From Azolla caroliniana (Eukaryota > Plantae > Polypodiophyta): DNA of 64,000 bases. Location of the stretch: the NCBI GenBank assembly GCA_043228905.1, contig JBHGNT010000136.1:5162-69161 (forward strand), written 5' to 3'. The notes under the pieces are model-generated. The model searched no databases. It worked only from the letters and a program-made list of their open reading frames with translations, and was not told where the DNA came from. Of this stretch, positions 1 through 15,000 are shown piece after piece. Made by a program: the position numbers and the translations under genes. Numbering within the stretch: the stretch's first letter is position 1; the number at the start of each line of letters is the position of its first letter.

Positions 1-3000
1 AATCCGATATGACACGAGCCAGGTATGAACATTTTAATTTACCTACTAGCTCTTCTCAACTCCCTCCTCAAATTTGGTAATTTCGTCATGTCTGACGACC
101 TGAGTTTCAAAATCTTGATATTTTTATTCCATATCATAGCTAGCGTTGTTAGCTTCGATTTGCATGTTTGAACACAAAAATCCGATATCACACGAGCCAG
201 GTATGAACATTTTAATTTACTCAAGGGCTCTTCTCAACTCCCTCCTCAAATTTGTTAATTTCTCCATGTCTGTCGACCTGAGTTTCAAAATCTTGATATT
301 TTAATTCCATATCATAGCTAGCGTTGTTAGCTTCGATTTGCATGTTTTAATTTACTCATGGGCTCCTCTCAACTCCCTCCTCAAGTTTGCTATTTTCTTC
401 ATGTCGCTCGACCTGAGTTTCAAAATCTTGATTTTTTAATTCCATATCATAGCTAACGTTGTTAGCTTCGATTTGCATGTTTGAACACAAAAATCCGATA
501 TCGCACGAGCCTGGAATGAACATTTTAATTTACCTAGAGGCTCTTGTCAACTCCCTCCTCAAATTTGTTAATTTCTCCATGTCTCTCGAACTGAGTTTCA
601 AAATCTTTATTTTTTAATTCCAAATTAGAGGTAATGTTGTTAGCTTCGATTCACATGTTTGAACACAGAAATCCGATATCACACGAGCCACGTATGAACA
701 TTTGAATTTTCTAACGGGCTCTTCTCCACTACCTCCTAAAATTTGCTAATTTCTTCATGTCTCTCGAGCTGAATTTGAAAATCTTGATTTTTTAATTCCA
801 TATCAGAGCTAGCGCTGTTAGCTTCGATTCACATGTTTGAACACAAGAATCCGATATCACACGAGCCAGGTATGAACATTTTAATTTACTCAAGGGCTCC
901 TCTCAACTCCCTTGTCAAGGTTGCTAATTTCGTCATGTCTCTCGACCTGAGTTTCAAAATCTTGATTTTTTAATTCCATATCATAACTAGCGTTGTTACC
1001 TTCGATTCGCATGTTTGAACACATAAATCCGATATGACACGAGCCAGGTATGAACATTTTAATTGACCTACTAGTTCTTCTCAACTCACTCCTCAAATTT
1101 AGTAGTTTCGTCATGTCTCTCGACTTGAGTTTCAAAATCTTGATTTTTTAATTCCATATCATAGCTAGCGTTGTTAGCTTCGATTCGCATGTTTGAACAC
1201 AAAAATCCGATATCACACGAGCTAGCTATGAACATTTTAATTTGCGTACTAGCGGTTGTCAACTACCTCCTCAAATTTACTAATTTCTTCATGTCTCTGG
1301 ACCTAAGTTTGAAAATCTTGATTTTTTAATTCAATATCAGCGCTAGCGTTGTTAGCTTCGATTTGCATGTTTTAATTTAGTCAAGGGCTCCTCTCAACTC
1401 CCTCCTCAAGTTTGCTATTTTCGTCATGTCTCTCGACCTGAGTTTCAAAATCTTGATTTTTGAATTCCATATCAGTGCTAACGTTGTTAGCTTCGATTCG
1501 CATGTTTGAACACAAAAATCCGATATCAGACGAGCCTGGTATGAACATTTTAATTTACCTAGAGGCTCTTGTCAACTCCCTCCTCAAATTTGTTAATTTC
1601 TCCATGTCTCTCGACCTGAGTTTCAAAATCTTGATTTTTTAATTCCATATTAGAGCTAGCATTGTTACCTTCAATTCACATGTTTGAACACAGAAATCCG
1701 ATATCACACGAGCCAGGTATGAACATTTTAATTTACTAACGGGCTCTTCTCCACTACCACCTAAAATTTGCTAATTTCTTCATGTCTCTCGAGCTGTGTT
1801 TCAAAATCTTGATTTTTTAATTCCATATCAGAGCTAGCGTTGTTAGCTTCGATTCACATATTTTCATACAAAAATACGATATCACACGAGCGACGTATGA
1901 ACATTTTAATTTACCTACTCGCTCTTGTCAACTCCCTACTCAAATTTGTTAATTTCTCCTTGTCTCTCGACCTGAATTTCAAAATCTTGATTTTTTAATT
2001 CTAAATTAGACCTAGCGTTGTTAGCTTCGATTTGCATGTTTCAACACAGAAATCCGATATCACACGAGCTAGCTATGAACATTTTAATTTACTAACGCGC
2101 TCTTCTACACTACCTCCTCAAATTTGCTAATTTCTTCATGTCTCTCGACCTGAGTTTCCAAATCTTGATTTTTTAATTCCATATCAGTGCTAACGTTGTT
2201 AGCTTCGATTCGCATGTTTGAACACAAAAATCTGATATCACACGAGCCACGTAGGAACAGTTTAATTTACTAACGCGCTCTTCTCCACTACCTCCTCAAA
2301 TTTGCTAATTTCTTCATGTCTCTCGACCTGAATTTGAAAATCTTGCTTTTTTAATTCCATATCAGAGCTAGCGCTGTTAGCTTCGATTCACATGTTTGAA
2401 CGCAAGAATCCGATATCACACAAGGCAGCTATGAACATTTTAATTTACGCAAGGGCTCCTCTCAACTCCGTTGTCAAGTTTCCTAATTTCGTCATGTCTC
2501 TCGACCTGAGTTTCAAAATCTTGATTTTTTAATTCCATATCATAGCTAGCGTTGTTAGCTTCGATTCGCATGTTTGAACACAAAAATCCGATATGACACG
2601 AGCCAGGTATGAATATTTTAATTTACCGACTAGCTCTTCTCCACTCACTCCTCAAATTTTGTAATTTCATCATGTCGCTCGACCTGAGTTTCAAAATATT
2701 GATTTTTTAATTCCGTATCATAGCTAGCGTTGTTAGCTTCGATTCGCATGTTTGAACACAAAAATCCGATATGACACGAGCCAGGTATGAACATTTTAAT
2801 TTACCTACTAGCTCTTCTCAACTCACTCCTCAAATTTTGTAATTTCGTCATGTCTCTCGACCTGAGTTTCAAAATCTTTATTTTTTAATTCCATATCATA
2901 ACTAGCGTTGTTGGCTTCGATTCGCATGTTTGAACACAAAAATCCGATATCACACGAGCCAGGTAGGAACATTTTAATTTACTAACGCGCTCTTCTCCAC

Positions 3001-6000
3001 TACCTCCTAAAATTTTCTAATTTCCTCATGTCTCTCGAGCGGAGTTTCAAAATCTTGATTTTTTAATTCCATATTAGACCTAGCATTATTAGCTTCGATT
3101 CGCATGTTTGAACACAGGAATCCGATATCACACGAACCAGGTATGAACATTTTAATTTACTAACGCGCTCTTCGCCACTACCTCCTAAAATTTGCTAATT
3201 TCTTCATGTCTCTCGACCTGAGTTTCAAAATCTTGATTTTTTAATTCCATATTAGAGCTAGCGTTGTTAGCTTCGATTCACATGTTTGAACACAGGAATC
3301 CGATATCACACGAGCCAGGTATGAACATTTTAATTTACTCAAGGGCTCCTCTCAACTCCCTTGTCAAGGTTGCTAATTTCGTCATGTCTCTCGACCTGAG
3401 TTTCAAAATCTTGATTTTTTAATTCCATATCATAGCTAGCGTTGTTACCTTCGATTCGCATGTTTGAACACATAAATCCGATATGACACGAGCCAGGTAT
3501 GAACATTTTAATTTACCTACTAGCTCTTCTCAACTCCCTTCTCAAATTTGGTAATTTCGTCATGTCTCTCGACCTGAGTTTCAAAATCTTGACTTTTTAA
3601 TTCCATATCATAGCTAGCGTTGTTAGATTCGATTCGCATGTTTGAACACAAAAATCCGATATCACACGAGCCAGGTAGGAACATTTTAATTTACTCAAGG
3701 GCTCCTCTCAACTCCCTTCTCAAGTTTGCTATTTTCGTCATGTCTCTCTACCTGAGTTTCAAAATCTAGACTTTTTAATACCATATCATAGCTAGCGTTG
3801 TTAGCTTCGATTCGCATGTTTGAACACAAAAATCCGATATGACACGAGCCAGGTATGAACATTTTAATTTACCTACTAGCTCTTCTCAACTCCCTCCTCA
3901 AATTTGGTAATTTCGTCATGTGTCACGACCTGAGTTTCAAAATCTTGATTTTTTAATTCCATATCATAACTAGCGTTGTTACCTTCGATTCGCATGTTTG
4001 AACACAAAAATCCGATATGACACGAGCCAGGTATGAACATTTTAATTTACCTACTAGCTCCTCTCAACTCCCTCCTCAAATTTGGTAATTTCGTCATGTC
4101 TCACGACCTGAGTTTCAAAATCTTGATTTTTTAATTCCATATCATAGCTAGCGTTGTTAGCTTCGATTTGCATGTTTGAACACAAAAATCCGATATCACA
4201 GGAGCTAGGTATGAATATTTTAATTTACTCAAGGGCTCCTCTCAACTCCCTTGTCAAGGTTGCTATTTTCGTCATGTCTCTCTACCTGAGTTTCAAAATC
4301 TAGACTTTTTAATACCATATCATAGCTAGCGTTGTTAGCTTCGATTCGCATGTTTGAACACAAAAATCCGATATGACACGAGCCAGGTATGAACATTTTA
4401 ATTTACGTACTAAATCTTCTCAACTCACTCCTCAAATTTGGTAATTTCGTCATGTCTGACGACCTGAGTTTCAAAATCTTGATTTTTTAATTCCATATCA
4501 TAGCTAGCGTTGTTAGCTTCGATTTGCATGTTTGAACACAAAAATCCGATATCACAGGAGCTAGGTATGAATATTTTAATTTACTCAAGGGCTCCTCTCA
4601 ACTCCCTTGTCAAGGTTGCTAATTTCGTCATGTCTCTCGACCTGAGTTTCAAAATCTTGACTTTTTAATTCCATATCATAGCTAGCGTTGTTACCTTCGA
4701 TTCGCATGTTTGAACACAGAAATCCGATATCACACGAGCCAGGTAGGAACATTTTAATTTACTCAAGGGCTCCTCTCAACTCCCTCCTCAAGTTTGCTAT
4801 TTTCGTCATCTCTCTCGACCTGAAATTCAAAGTCTTGATTTTTTAATTCCATATCATAGCTAGCGTTGTTAGCTTCGATTCGCATGTTTGAACACAAAAA
4901 TCCGATATGACACGAGCCAGGTATGAACATTTTAATTTACCTACTAGCTCTTCTCAACTCCCTCCTCAAATTTGGTAATTTCGTCATGTGTCACGACCTG
5001 AGTTTCAAAATCTTGATTTTTTAATTCCATATCATAACTAGCGTTGTTACCTTCGATTCGCATGTTTGAACACAAAAATCCTATATGACACGAGCCAGGT
5101 ATGAACATTTTAATTTACCTACTAGCTCTTCTCAACTCCCTCCTCAAATTTGGTAATTTCGTCATGTCTCACGACCTGAGTTTCAAAATCTTGATTTTTT
5201 AATTCCAGATCATAGCTAGCGTTGTTAGCTTCGATTTGCATGTTTGAACACAAAAATCCGATATCACAGGAGCTAGGTATGAATATTTTAATTTACTCAA
5301 GGGCTCCTCTCAACTCCCTTGTCAAGGTTGCTAATTTCGTCATGTCTCTCGACCTGAGTTTCAAAATCTTGACTTTTTAATTCCATATCATAGCTAGCGT
5401 TGTTACCTTCGATTCGCATGTTTGAACACGGAAATCCGATATCACACGAGCCAGGTAGGAACATTTTAATTTACTCAAGGGCTCCTCTCAACTCCCTCCT
5501 CAAGTTTGCTATTTTCGTCATCTCTCTCGACCTGAAATTCAAAGTCTTGATTTTTTAATTCCATATCATAGCTAGCGTTGTTAGCTTCGATTCGCATGTT
5601 TGAACACAAAAATCCGATATGACACGAGCCAGGTATGAACATTTTAATTTACCTACTAGCTCTTCTCAACTCACTCCTCAAATTTTGTAATTTCGTCATG
5701 TCTCACGACCTGAGTGTCAAAATCTTGATATTTTAATTTCATATCATAGCTAGCGTTGTTAGCTTCGATTTGCATGTTTGAACACAAAAATCAGATATCA
5801 CACGAGCCAGGTATGAACATTTTAATTTACTCAAGGGCTCCTCTCAACTCCCTTGTCAAGGTTGCTAATTTCGTCATGTCTCTCGACCTGAGTTTCAAAA
5901 TCTTGATTTTTTAATTCCATATCATAGCTAGCGTTGTTACCTTCGATTCGCATGTTTGAACACAAAACTCCGATATCACACGAGCCAGGTAAGAACATTT

Positions 6001-9000
6001 TAATTTACTCAAGGGCTCCTCTCAACTCCCTCCTCAAGTTTGCTATTTTTGTCATGTCTCTCGACCTGAAATTCAAAATCTTGATTTTTTAATTCCATAT
6101 CATAGCTAGCGTTGTTAGCTTCGATTCGCATGTTTGAACACAAAAATCCGATATGACACGAGCCAGGTATGAACATTTTAATTTACCTACTAGCTCTTCT
6201 CAACTCCCTCCTCAAATTTGGTAATTTCGTCATGTCTGACGACCTGAGTTTCAAAATCTTGATATTTTAATTCCATATCATAGCTAGCGTTGTTAGCTTC
6301 GAGTTGCATGTTTGAACACAAAAATCCGATATCACACGAGCCAGGTATGAACATTTTAATTTACTCAAGGGCTCCTCTCAACTCCCTTGTCAAGGTTGCT
6401 AATTTCGTCATGTCTCTCGACCTGAGTTTCAAAATCTTGATTTTTTAATTCCATATCATAGCTAGCGTTGTTAGCTTCGATTCGCATGTTTGAACACAAA
6501 AATCCGATATGACACGAGCCAGGTATGAACATTTTAATTTACCTACTAGCTCTTCTCAACTCACTCCTCAAATTTTGTAATTTTATTCATGTCTCACGAC
6601 CTGAGTGTCAAAATCTTGATATTTTAATTTCATATCATAGCTAGCGTTGTTAGCTTCGATTTGCATGTTTGAACACAAAAATCAGATATCACACGAGCCA
6701 GGTATGAACATTTTAATTTACTCAAGGGCTCCTCTCAACTCCCTTGTCAAGGTTGCTAATTTCGTCATGTCTCTCGACCTGAGTTTCAAAATCTTGATTT
6801 TTTAATTCCATATCATAGCTAGCGTTGTTAGCTTCGATTTGCATGTTTGAACACAAAAATCCGATATCACAGGAGCTAGGTATGAATATTTTAATTTAGT
6901 CAAGGGCTCCTCTCAACTCCCTTGTCAAGGTTGCTAATTTCGTCATGTCTCTCGACCTGAGTTTCAAAATCTGTACTTTTTAATTCCATATCATAGCTAG
7001 CGTTGTTACCTTCGATTCGCATGTTTGAACACAGAAATCCGATATCACACGAGCCAGGTAGGAACATTTTAATTTACTCAAGGTCTCCTCTCAACTCCCT
7101 CCTCAAGTTTGCTATTTTCGTCATGTCTCTCGACCTGAAATTCAAAGTCTTGATTTTTTAATTCCATATCATAGCTAGCGTTGTTACCTTCGATTCGCAT
7201 GTTTGAACACAAAAATCCGATATGACACGAGCCAGGTATGAACATTTTAGTTTACCTACTAGCTCTTCTCAACTCACTCCTCAAATTTTGTAATTTCTTC
7301 ATGTCTCACGACCTGAGTGTCAAAATCTTGATATTTTAATTTCATATCATAGCTAGCGTTGTTAGCTTCGATTTGCATGTTTGAACACAAAAATCAGATA
7401 TCACACGAGCCAGGTATGAACATTTTAATTTACTCAAGGGCTCCTCTCAACTCCCTTGTCAAGGTTGCTAATTTCGTCATGTCTCTCGACCTGAGTTTCA
7501 AAATCTTGATTTTTTAATTCCATATCATAGCTAGCGTTGTTAGCTTCGATTCGCATGTTTGAACACAAAAATCCGATATGACACGAGCCAGGTATGAACA
7601 TTTTAATTTACGTACTAAATCTTCTCAACTCACTCCTCAAATTTGGTAATTTCGTCATGTCTCTCGACCTCAGTTTCAAAATCTTGATTTTTTAATTCCA
7701 TATCATAGCTAGCGTTGTTAGCTTCGATTCGCATGTTTGAACACAGAAATCCGATATCACACGCGCCAGGTAGGAACATTTTAATTTACTCAAGGTCTCC
7801 TCTCAACTCCCTCCTCAAGTTTGCTATTTTCGTCATGTCTCTCGACCTGAAATTCAAAGTCTTGATTTTTTAATTCCATATCATAGCTAGCGTTGTTAGC
7901 TTCGATTCGCATGTTTGAACACAAAAATCCGATATGACACGAGCCAGGTATGAACATTTTAATTTACCTACTAGCTCTTCTCAACTCACTCCTCAAATTT
8001 TGTAATTTCGTCATGTCTCACGACCTGAGTGTCAAAATCTTGATATTTTAATTTCATATCATAGCTAGCGTTGTTAGCTTCGATTTGCATGTTTGAACAC
8101 AAAAATCAGATATCACACGAGCCAGGTATGAACATTTTAATTTACTCAAGGGCTCCTCTCAACTCCCTTGTCAAGGTTGCTAATTTCGTCATGTCTCTCG
8201 ACCTGAGTTTCAAAATCTTGATTTTTTAATTCCATATCATAGCTAGCGTTGTTAGCTTCGATTCGCATGTTTGAACACAAAAATCCGATATGACACGAGC
8301 CAGGTATGAACATTTTAATTTACGTACTAAATCTTCTCAACTCACTCCTCAAATTTGGTAATTTCGTCATGTCTCTCGACCTGAGTTTCAAAATCTTGAT
8401 TTTTTAATTCCATATCATAGCTAGCGTTGTTAGCTTCGATTCGCATGTTTGAACACAAAAATCCGATATCACACGAGCCAGGTAGGAACATTTTAATTTA
8501 CTCAAGGGCTCCTCTCAACTCCCTCCTCAAGTTTGCTATTTTGGTCATGTCTCTAGACCTGAAATTCGAAATCTTGATTTTTTAATTCCATATCATAGCT
8601 AGCGTTGTTAGCTTCGATTCGCATGTTTGAACACAAAAATCCGATATGACACGAGCCAGGTATGAACATTTTAATTTACCTACTAGCTCTTCTCAACTCC
8701 CTCCTCAAATTTGGTAATTTCGTCATGTCTGACGACCTGAGTTTCAAAATCTTGATATTTTAATTCCATATTATAGCTAGCGTTGTTAGCTTCGATTTGC
8801 ATGTTTGAACACAAAAATCCGATATCACACGAGCCAGGTATGAACATTTTAATTTACTAACGCGCTCTTCTCCACTACCTCCTCAAATTTGCTAATTTCT
8901 TGATATCTCTCGACCTGAATTTGAAAATCTTGATTTTTTAATTTCATATCAGAGCTAGCGCTGTTACCTTCGATTCACATGTTTGAACACAAGAATCCGA

Positions 9001-12000
9001 TATCACACGAGCCAGGTATGAACATTTTAATTTACTAAAGGGCTCCTCTCAACTCCCTTGTCAAGGTTGCTAATTTCGTCATGTCTCTCGACCTGAGTTT
9101 CAAAATCTTGATATTTTAATTCCATGTCATAGCTAGCGTTGGTAGCTTCGATTCGCATGTTTGAACACAAAAATCCGATATCACACGAGCCAGGTATGAA
9201 CATTTTAATTTACCTACTAGCGCTTGTGAACTCCCTCCTAAAATTTGCTAATTTCTTCATATCTCTCGACCTGAGTTTCAAAATCTTGATTTTTTAATTC
9301 CATATTACAGCTAGCGTTGTTAGCTTCGATTCACATGTTTGAACACAGGAATCCGATATCACACGAGCCAGGTATGAACATTTTAATTTACTAACGCGCT
9401 CTTCTCCACTACCTCCTCAAATTTGCTAATTTCTTCATGTCTCTCGACCTGAGTTTCAAAATCTTGATTTTTTAATTGTAGATCAGAGCTAGCGTTGTTA
9501 GCTTCGATTCGCATGTTTCAACACAGAAATCCGATATCACACGAGCCTGGTATGAACATTTTAATTTACTAACGAGCTCTTCTCCACTACCTCCTAAAAT
9601 TTTCTACTTTCCTCATGTCTCTCGAGCGGAGTTTGAAAATATTGATTTTTTAATTCCATATTAGAGCCTACGTTATTAGCTTCGATTCGCATGTTTGAAC
9701 ATAGAAATCCGATATCACACGAACCAGGTATGAACATTTTAATTTACTAACGCGCTCTTCTCGACTACCTCCTAAAATTTGCTAATTTCGTCATGTCTCT
9801 CGACCTGAGTTTCAAAATCTTGATTTTTTAATTCAATATCATAGCTAGCGTTGTTAGCTTCGATTTGCATGTTTGAACACAAAAATCCGATATCACACGA
9901 GCTAGCTATGAACATTTTAATTTGCGTACTAGCGCTTGTCAACTACCTCCTCAAATTTGCTAATTTCTTCATGTCTCTCGACCTAAGTTTCAAAATCTTG
10001 ATTTTTTAATTCAATATCAGCGCTAGCGTTGTTAGCTTCGATTTGCATGTTTTAATTTACTCAAGGGCTCCTCTCAACTCCCTCCTCAAGTTTGCTATTT
10101 TCATCATGTCTCTCGACCTGAGTTTCAAAATCTTGATTTTTGAATTCCATATCAGTGCTAACGTTGTTAGCTTCGATTCGCATGTTTGAACACAAAAATC
10201 TGATATCACACGAGCCACGTATGAACATTTTAATTTACTAACGCGCTCTTCTCCACTACCTCCTCAAATTTGCTAATTTCTTGATGTGTCTCGACCTGAA
10301 TTTGAAAATCTTGATTTTTTAATTTCATATCAGAGCTAGCGCTGTTAGCTTCGATTCACATGTTTGAACACAAGAATCCGATATAACACGAGCCAGGTAT
10401 GAACATTTTAATTTACTAAAGGGCTCCTCTCAACTCCCTTGTCAAGGTTGCTAATTTCGTCATGTCTCTCGACCTGAGTTTCAAAATCTTGATTTTTTAA
10501 TTCCATGTCATAGCTAGCGTTGGTAGCTTCGATTCGCATGTTTAAACACAAAAATCCGATATCACACGAGCCAGGTATGAACATTTTAATTTACCTACTA
10601 GCGCTTGTGAACTCCCTCCTAAAATTTGCTAATTTCTTCATATCTCTCGACCTGAGTTTCAAAATCTTGATTTTTTAATTGTAGATCAGAGCTAGCGTTG
10701 TTAGCTTCGATTCGCATGTTTCAACACAGAAATCCGATATCACACGAGCCTGGTATGAACATTTTAATTTACTAACGAGCTCTTCTCCACTACCTCCTAA
10801 AATTTTCTACTTTCCTCATGTCTCTCGAGCGGAGTTTGAAAATATTGATTTTTTAATTCCATATTAGAGCCTACGTTATTAGCTTCGATTCGCATGTTTG
10901 AACATAGAAATCCGATATCACACGAACCAGGTATGAACATTTTAATTTACTAACGCGCTCTTCTCGACTACCTCCTAAAATTTGCTTATTTCTTCATGTC
11001 TCTCGACCTGAGTTTCAAAATCTTGATTTTTTAATTCCACATTAGAGCTAGCATTGTTAGCTTCGATTCACATGTTTGAACACATGAATCCGATATGACA
11101 CAAGCCACGTATGGACATTTTAATTTACTCAAGGGCTCCTCTCAATTCCCTCCTCAAGTTTGCTAATTTCTTCATATCTCTCGACCTGAGTTTCAAAATC
11201 ATGAGTTTTTAAATCCACATCATAGCTAGCGTTGTTTGCTTCGATTCCTAGGTTTGATCACAAAAATCCGATATGACACGAGCCAGGTATGAACATTTTA
11301 ATTTACCTACTAGCTCTTCTCAACTCCCTTCTCAAATTTGGTAATTTCGTCATGTCTCTCGACCTGAGTTTCAAAATCTTGACTTTTTAATTCCATATCA
11401 TAGCTAGCGTTGTTAGCTTCGATTCGCATGTTTGAACACAAAAATCCGATATCACACGAGCCAGGTATGAACATTTTAATTTACCTACTAGCGCTTGTGA
11501 ACTCCCTCCTAAAATTTGCTAATTTCTTCATGTCTCTCGACTTGAGTTTCAAAATCTTGATTTTTTAATTCCATATTAGAGCTAGCGTTGTTAGCTTCGA
11601 TTCACATGTTTGAACACAGGAATCCGATATCACACGAGCCAGGTATGAACATTTTAATTTACTAACGCGCTCTTCTCCACTACCTCCTCAAATTTGCTAA
11701 TTTCTTCATGTCTCTCGACCTGAGTTTCAAAATCTTGATTTTTTAATTGTAGATCAGAGCTAGCGTTGTTAGCATCGATTCGCATGTTTCAACACAGAAA
11801 TCCGATATCACACGAGCCTGGTATGAAAATTTTAATTTACTAACGAGCTCTTCTCCACTACCTCCTAAAACTTTCTAATTTCCTCATGTCTCTCGAGCGG
11901 AGTTTCAAAATATTGATTTTTTAATTCCATATTAGAGCCTACGTTATTAGCTTCGATTCGCATGTTTGAACATAGAAATCCGATATCACACGAACCAGGT

Positions 12001-15000
12001 ATGAACATTTTAATTTACTAACGCGCTCTTCTCCACTACCTCCTAAAATTTGCTTATTTCTTCATGTCTCTCGACCTGAGTTTCAAAATCTTGATTTTTT
12101 AATTCCACATTAGAGCTAGCATTGTTAGCTTCGATTCACATGTTTGAACACATGAATCCGATATGACACAAGCCACGTATGGACATTTTAATTTACTCAA
12201 GGGCTCCTCTCAATTCCCTCCTCAAGTTTGCTAATTTCTTCATATCTCTCGACCTGAGTTTCAAAATCATGAGTTTTTAAATCCACATCATAGCTAGCGT
12301 TGTTTGCTTCGATTCCTAGGTTTGATCACAAAAATCCGATATGACACGAGCCAGGTATGAACATTTTAATTTACCTACTAGCTCTTCTCAACTCCCTTCT
12401 CAAATTTGGTAATTTCGTCATGTCTCTCGACCTGAGTTTCAAAATCTTGACTTTTTAATTCCATATCATAGCTAGCGTTGTTAGCTTCGATTCGCATGTT
12501 TGAACACAAAAATCCGATATCACACGAGCCAGGTATGAACATTTTAATTTACCTACTAGCGCTTGTGAACTCCCTCCTAAAATTTGCTAATTTCTTCATG
12601 TCTCTCGACTTGAGTTTCAAAATCTTGATTTTTTAATTCCATATTAGAGCTAGCGTTGTTAGCTTCGATTCACATGTTTGAACACAGGAATCCGATATCA
12701 CACGAGCCAGGTATGAACATTTTAATTTACTAACGCGCTCTTCTCCACTACCTCCTCAAATTTGCTAATTTCTTCATGTCTCTCGACCTGAGTTTCAAAA
12801 TCTTGATTTTTTAATTGTAGATCAGAGCTAGCGTTGTTAGCATCGATTCGCATGTTTCAACACAGAAATCCGATATCACACGAGCCTGGTATGAAAATTT
12901 TAATTTACTAACGAGCTCTTCTCCACTACCTCCTAAAACTTTCTAATATCCTCATGTCTCTCGAGCGGAGTTTCAAAATATTGATTTTTTAATTCCATAT
13001 TAGAGCCTGCGTTATTAGCTTCGAGTCGCATGTTTGAACACAGAAATCCGATATCACACGAACCAGGTATGAAGATTTTAATTTACTAACGCGCTCTTCT
13101 CCACTACCTCCTAAAATTTGCTAATTTCGTCATGTCTCTCGACCTGAGTTTCAAAATCTTGATTTTTTAATTCAATATCAGCGCTAGCGTTGTTAGCTTC
13201 GATTTGCATGTTTTAATTTACTCAAGGGCTCCTCTCAACTCCCTCCTCAAGTTTGCTATTTTCGTCATGTCTCTCGACCTGAGTTTCAAAATCTTGATTT
13301 TTTAATTCCATATCATAGCTAGCGTTGGTAGCTTCGATTTGCATGTTTGAACACAAAAATCCAATATCACACAAGCTAGGTATGAACATTTTAATTTACT
13401 CAAGGGCTCCTCTCAACTCCCTTGTCAAGGTTGCTAATTTCTTCATGTCTCTCGACCTGAGTTTCAAAATCATGATTTTTTAATTCCATATCATAGCTAG
13501 CGTTGTTAGCTTCGATTCGCATGTTTGAACACAAAAATCCGATATGACACGAGCCAGGTATGAACATTTTAATTTACCTACTAGCTCTTCTCAACTCACT
13601 ACTCAAATTTGGTAATTTCCTCATGTTTCTCGACCTGAGTTTCAAAATCTTGACTTTTTAATTCCATATCATAGCTAGCGTTGTTAGATTCGATTCGCAT
13701 ATTTGAACACAAAAATCCGATATCACACGAGCCAGGTAGGAACATTTTAATTTACCTAATAGCTCTTCTCAACTCACTCCTCATATTTTGTAATTTCGTC
13801 ATGTCTCTCGACCTGAGTTTCAAAATCTTGATTTTTTAATTCCATATCATAGCTAGCGTTGTTAGCTTCGATTCGCATGTTTGAACACAAAAATCCGATA
13901 TCACACGAGCCAGGTAGGAACATTTTAATTTACTCAAGGGCTCCTCTCAACTCCCTCCTCAAGTTTGCTATTTTCGTCACGTCTCTCGACTTGAGTTTCA
14001 GAATCTTGAGTTTTTAAATCCACATCATAGCTAACATTGTTAGCTTTGATTCGCATGTTTGAACACAAAAATCCGATATCACACGAGCCAGGTATGAACA
14101 TTTTAATTTACCTCCTAGCTCTTCTCAACTCCCTCCTCAAATTTGGTAATTTCGTCATGTCTCACGACCTGAGTTTCAAAATCTTGATATTTTAATTCCA
14201 TATCATAGCTAGCGTTGTTAGCTTCGACTTGCATGTTTGAACACAAAAATCCGATATCACACGAGCCAGGTATGAACATTTTAATTTACTCAAGGGCTCC
14301 TCTCAACTCCCTTGTCAAGGTTGCTAATTTCCTCATGTCTCTCGACCTGAGTTTCAAAATCTTAATTTTTTAATTCCATATCATAGCTAGCGTTGTTAGC
14401 TTCGATTCGCATGTTTGAACACAAAAATCCGATATGACACGAGCCAGGTATGAACATTTTAATTTACGTACTAAATCTTCTCAACTCACTCCTCAAATTT
14501 GGTAATTTCGTCATGTCTCTCGACCTCAGTTTCAAAATCTTGATTTTTTAATTCCATATCATAGCTAGCGTTGTTAGCTTCGATTTGCATGTTTGAACAC
14601 AAAAATCCGATATCACACGAGCCAGGTAGGAACATTTTAATTTACTCAAGGGCTCCTCTCAACTCCCTCCTCAAGTTTGCTATTTTCGTCATGTCTCTCG
14701 ACCTGAAATTCAAAGTCTTGATTTTTTAATTCCATATCATAGCTAGCGTTGTTAGCTTCGATTCGCATGTTTGAACACAAAAATCCGATATGACACGAGC
14801 CAGGTATGAACATTTTAATTTACCTACTAGCTCTTCTCAACTCACTCCTCAAATTTTGTAATTTCGTCATGTCTCACGACCTGAGTGTCAAAATCTTGAT
14901 ATTTTAATTTCATATCATAGCTAGCGTTGTTAGCTTCGATTTGCATGTTTGAACACAAAAATCAGATATCACACGAGCCAGGTATGAACATTTTAATTTA

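Noticed and set aside
150-170. CENP-B box in the monomer (ttcg...)
   Set aside because: Lacks the downstream A..CGGG part of the motif.
39-1642. Short ORFs 39-224, 890-1135 and 1460-1642
   Set aside because: Chance translations of satellite monomers; stops are present in neighbouring copies.
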